A stretch of 64,000 nucleotides of DNA from Eledone cirrhosa (Eukaryota): positions 12,338,001 to 12,402,000 of the forward strand of contig OZ024743.1 in assembly GCA_964016885.1 (NCBI GenBank). Reading direction: 5' to 3'. The position numbers were made by a program, and so were the translations under genes. Positions within the stretch are counted from its first letter, which is position 1; every line of letters starts with the position of its first letter. The notes beneath the pieces were generated by a model. That model had not been told where the DNA came from. It searched no databases and saw only the letters and a list, made by a program, of their open reading frames with translations. Shown here in pieces: positions 63,961 to 64,000 of this stretch.

Positions 63961-64000
63961 GATATTTTCTCCTGGCTGTACATGGAATTTCAATATTATC

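Overview
AT-rich, microsatellite-rich eukaryotic DNA. The repeat repertoire (tRNA/CORE-type SINEs with (ATG)n tails, RTE-clade LINEs) looks like a coleoid cephalopod, probably Octopus; that is an inference. The window lies inside one minus-strand gene: 12 phase-compatible GT-AG exons (61331 down to 1450, 1465 nt, about 488 aa) encode the post-NACHT linker and WD40 array of a TEP1-like protein (telomerase/vault-associated protein 1). Both ends of the gene lie outside the window. The introns (up to 25 kb) hold at least three RTE LINE subfamilies (here A, B, C), including a near-full-length C copy split by an A copy, plus SINEs, a solo LTR, two hAT transposase relics, piggyBac-like MITEs and a CRE-like relic. 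The least obvious signals are: (i) about ten hammerhead-ribozyme motifs, some intact and some degenerate, in short (TA)n-associated inserts, several arranged as fold-back palindromes with one ribozyme per strand (Penelope pLTR-like); (ii) a covarying hairpin plus H-type pseudoknot module shared by an RTE 5' UTR, RTE 3' UTRs and SINE bodies; (iii) near-identical inverted LINE copies bracketing a four-exon block. All structures were read by eye; no database search or folding program was run.
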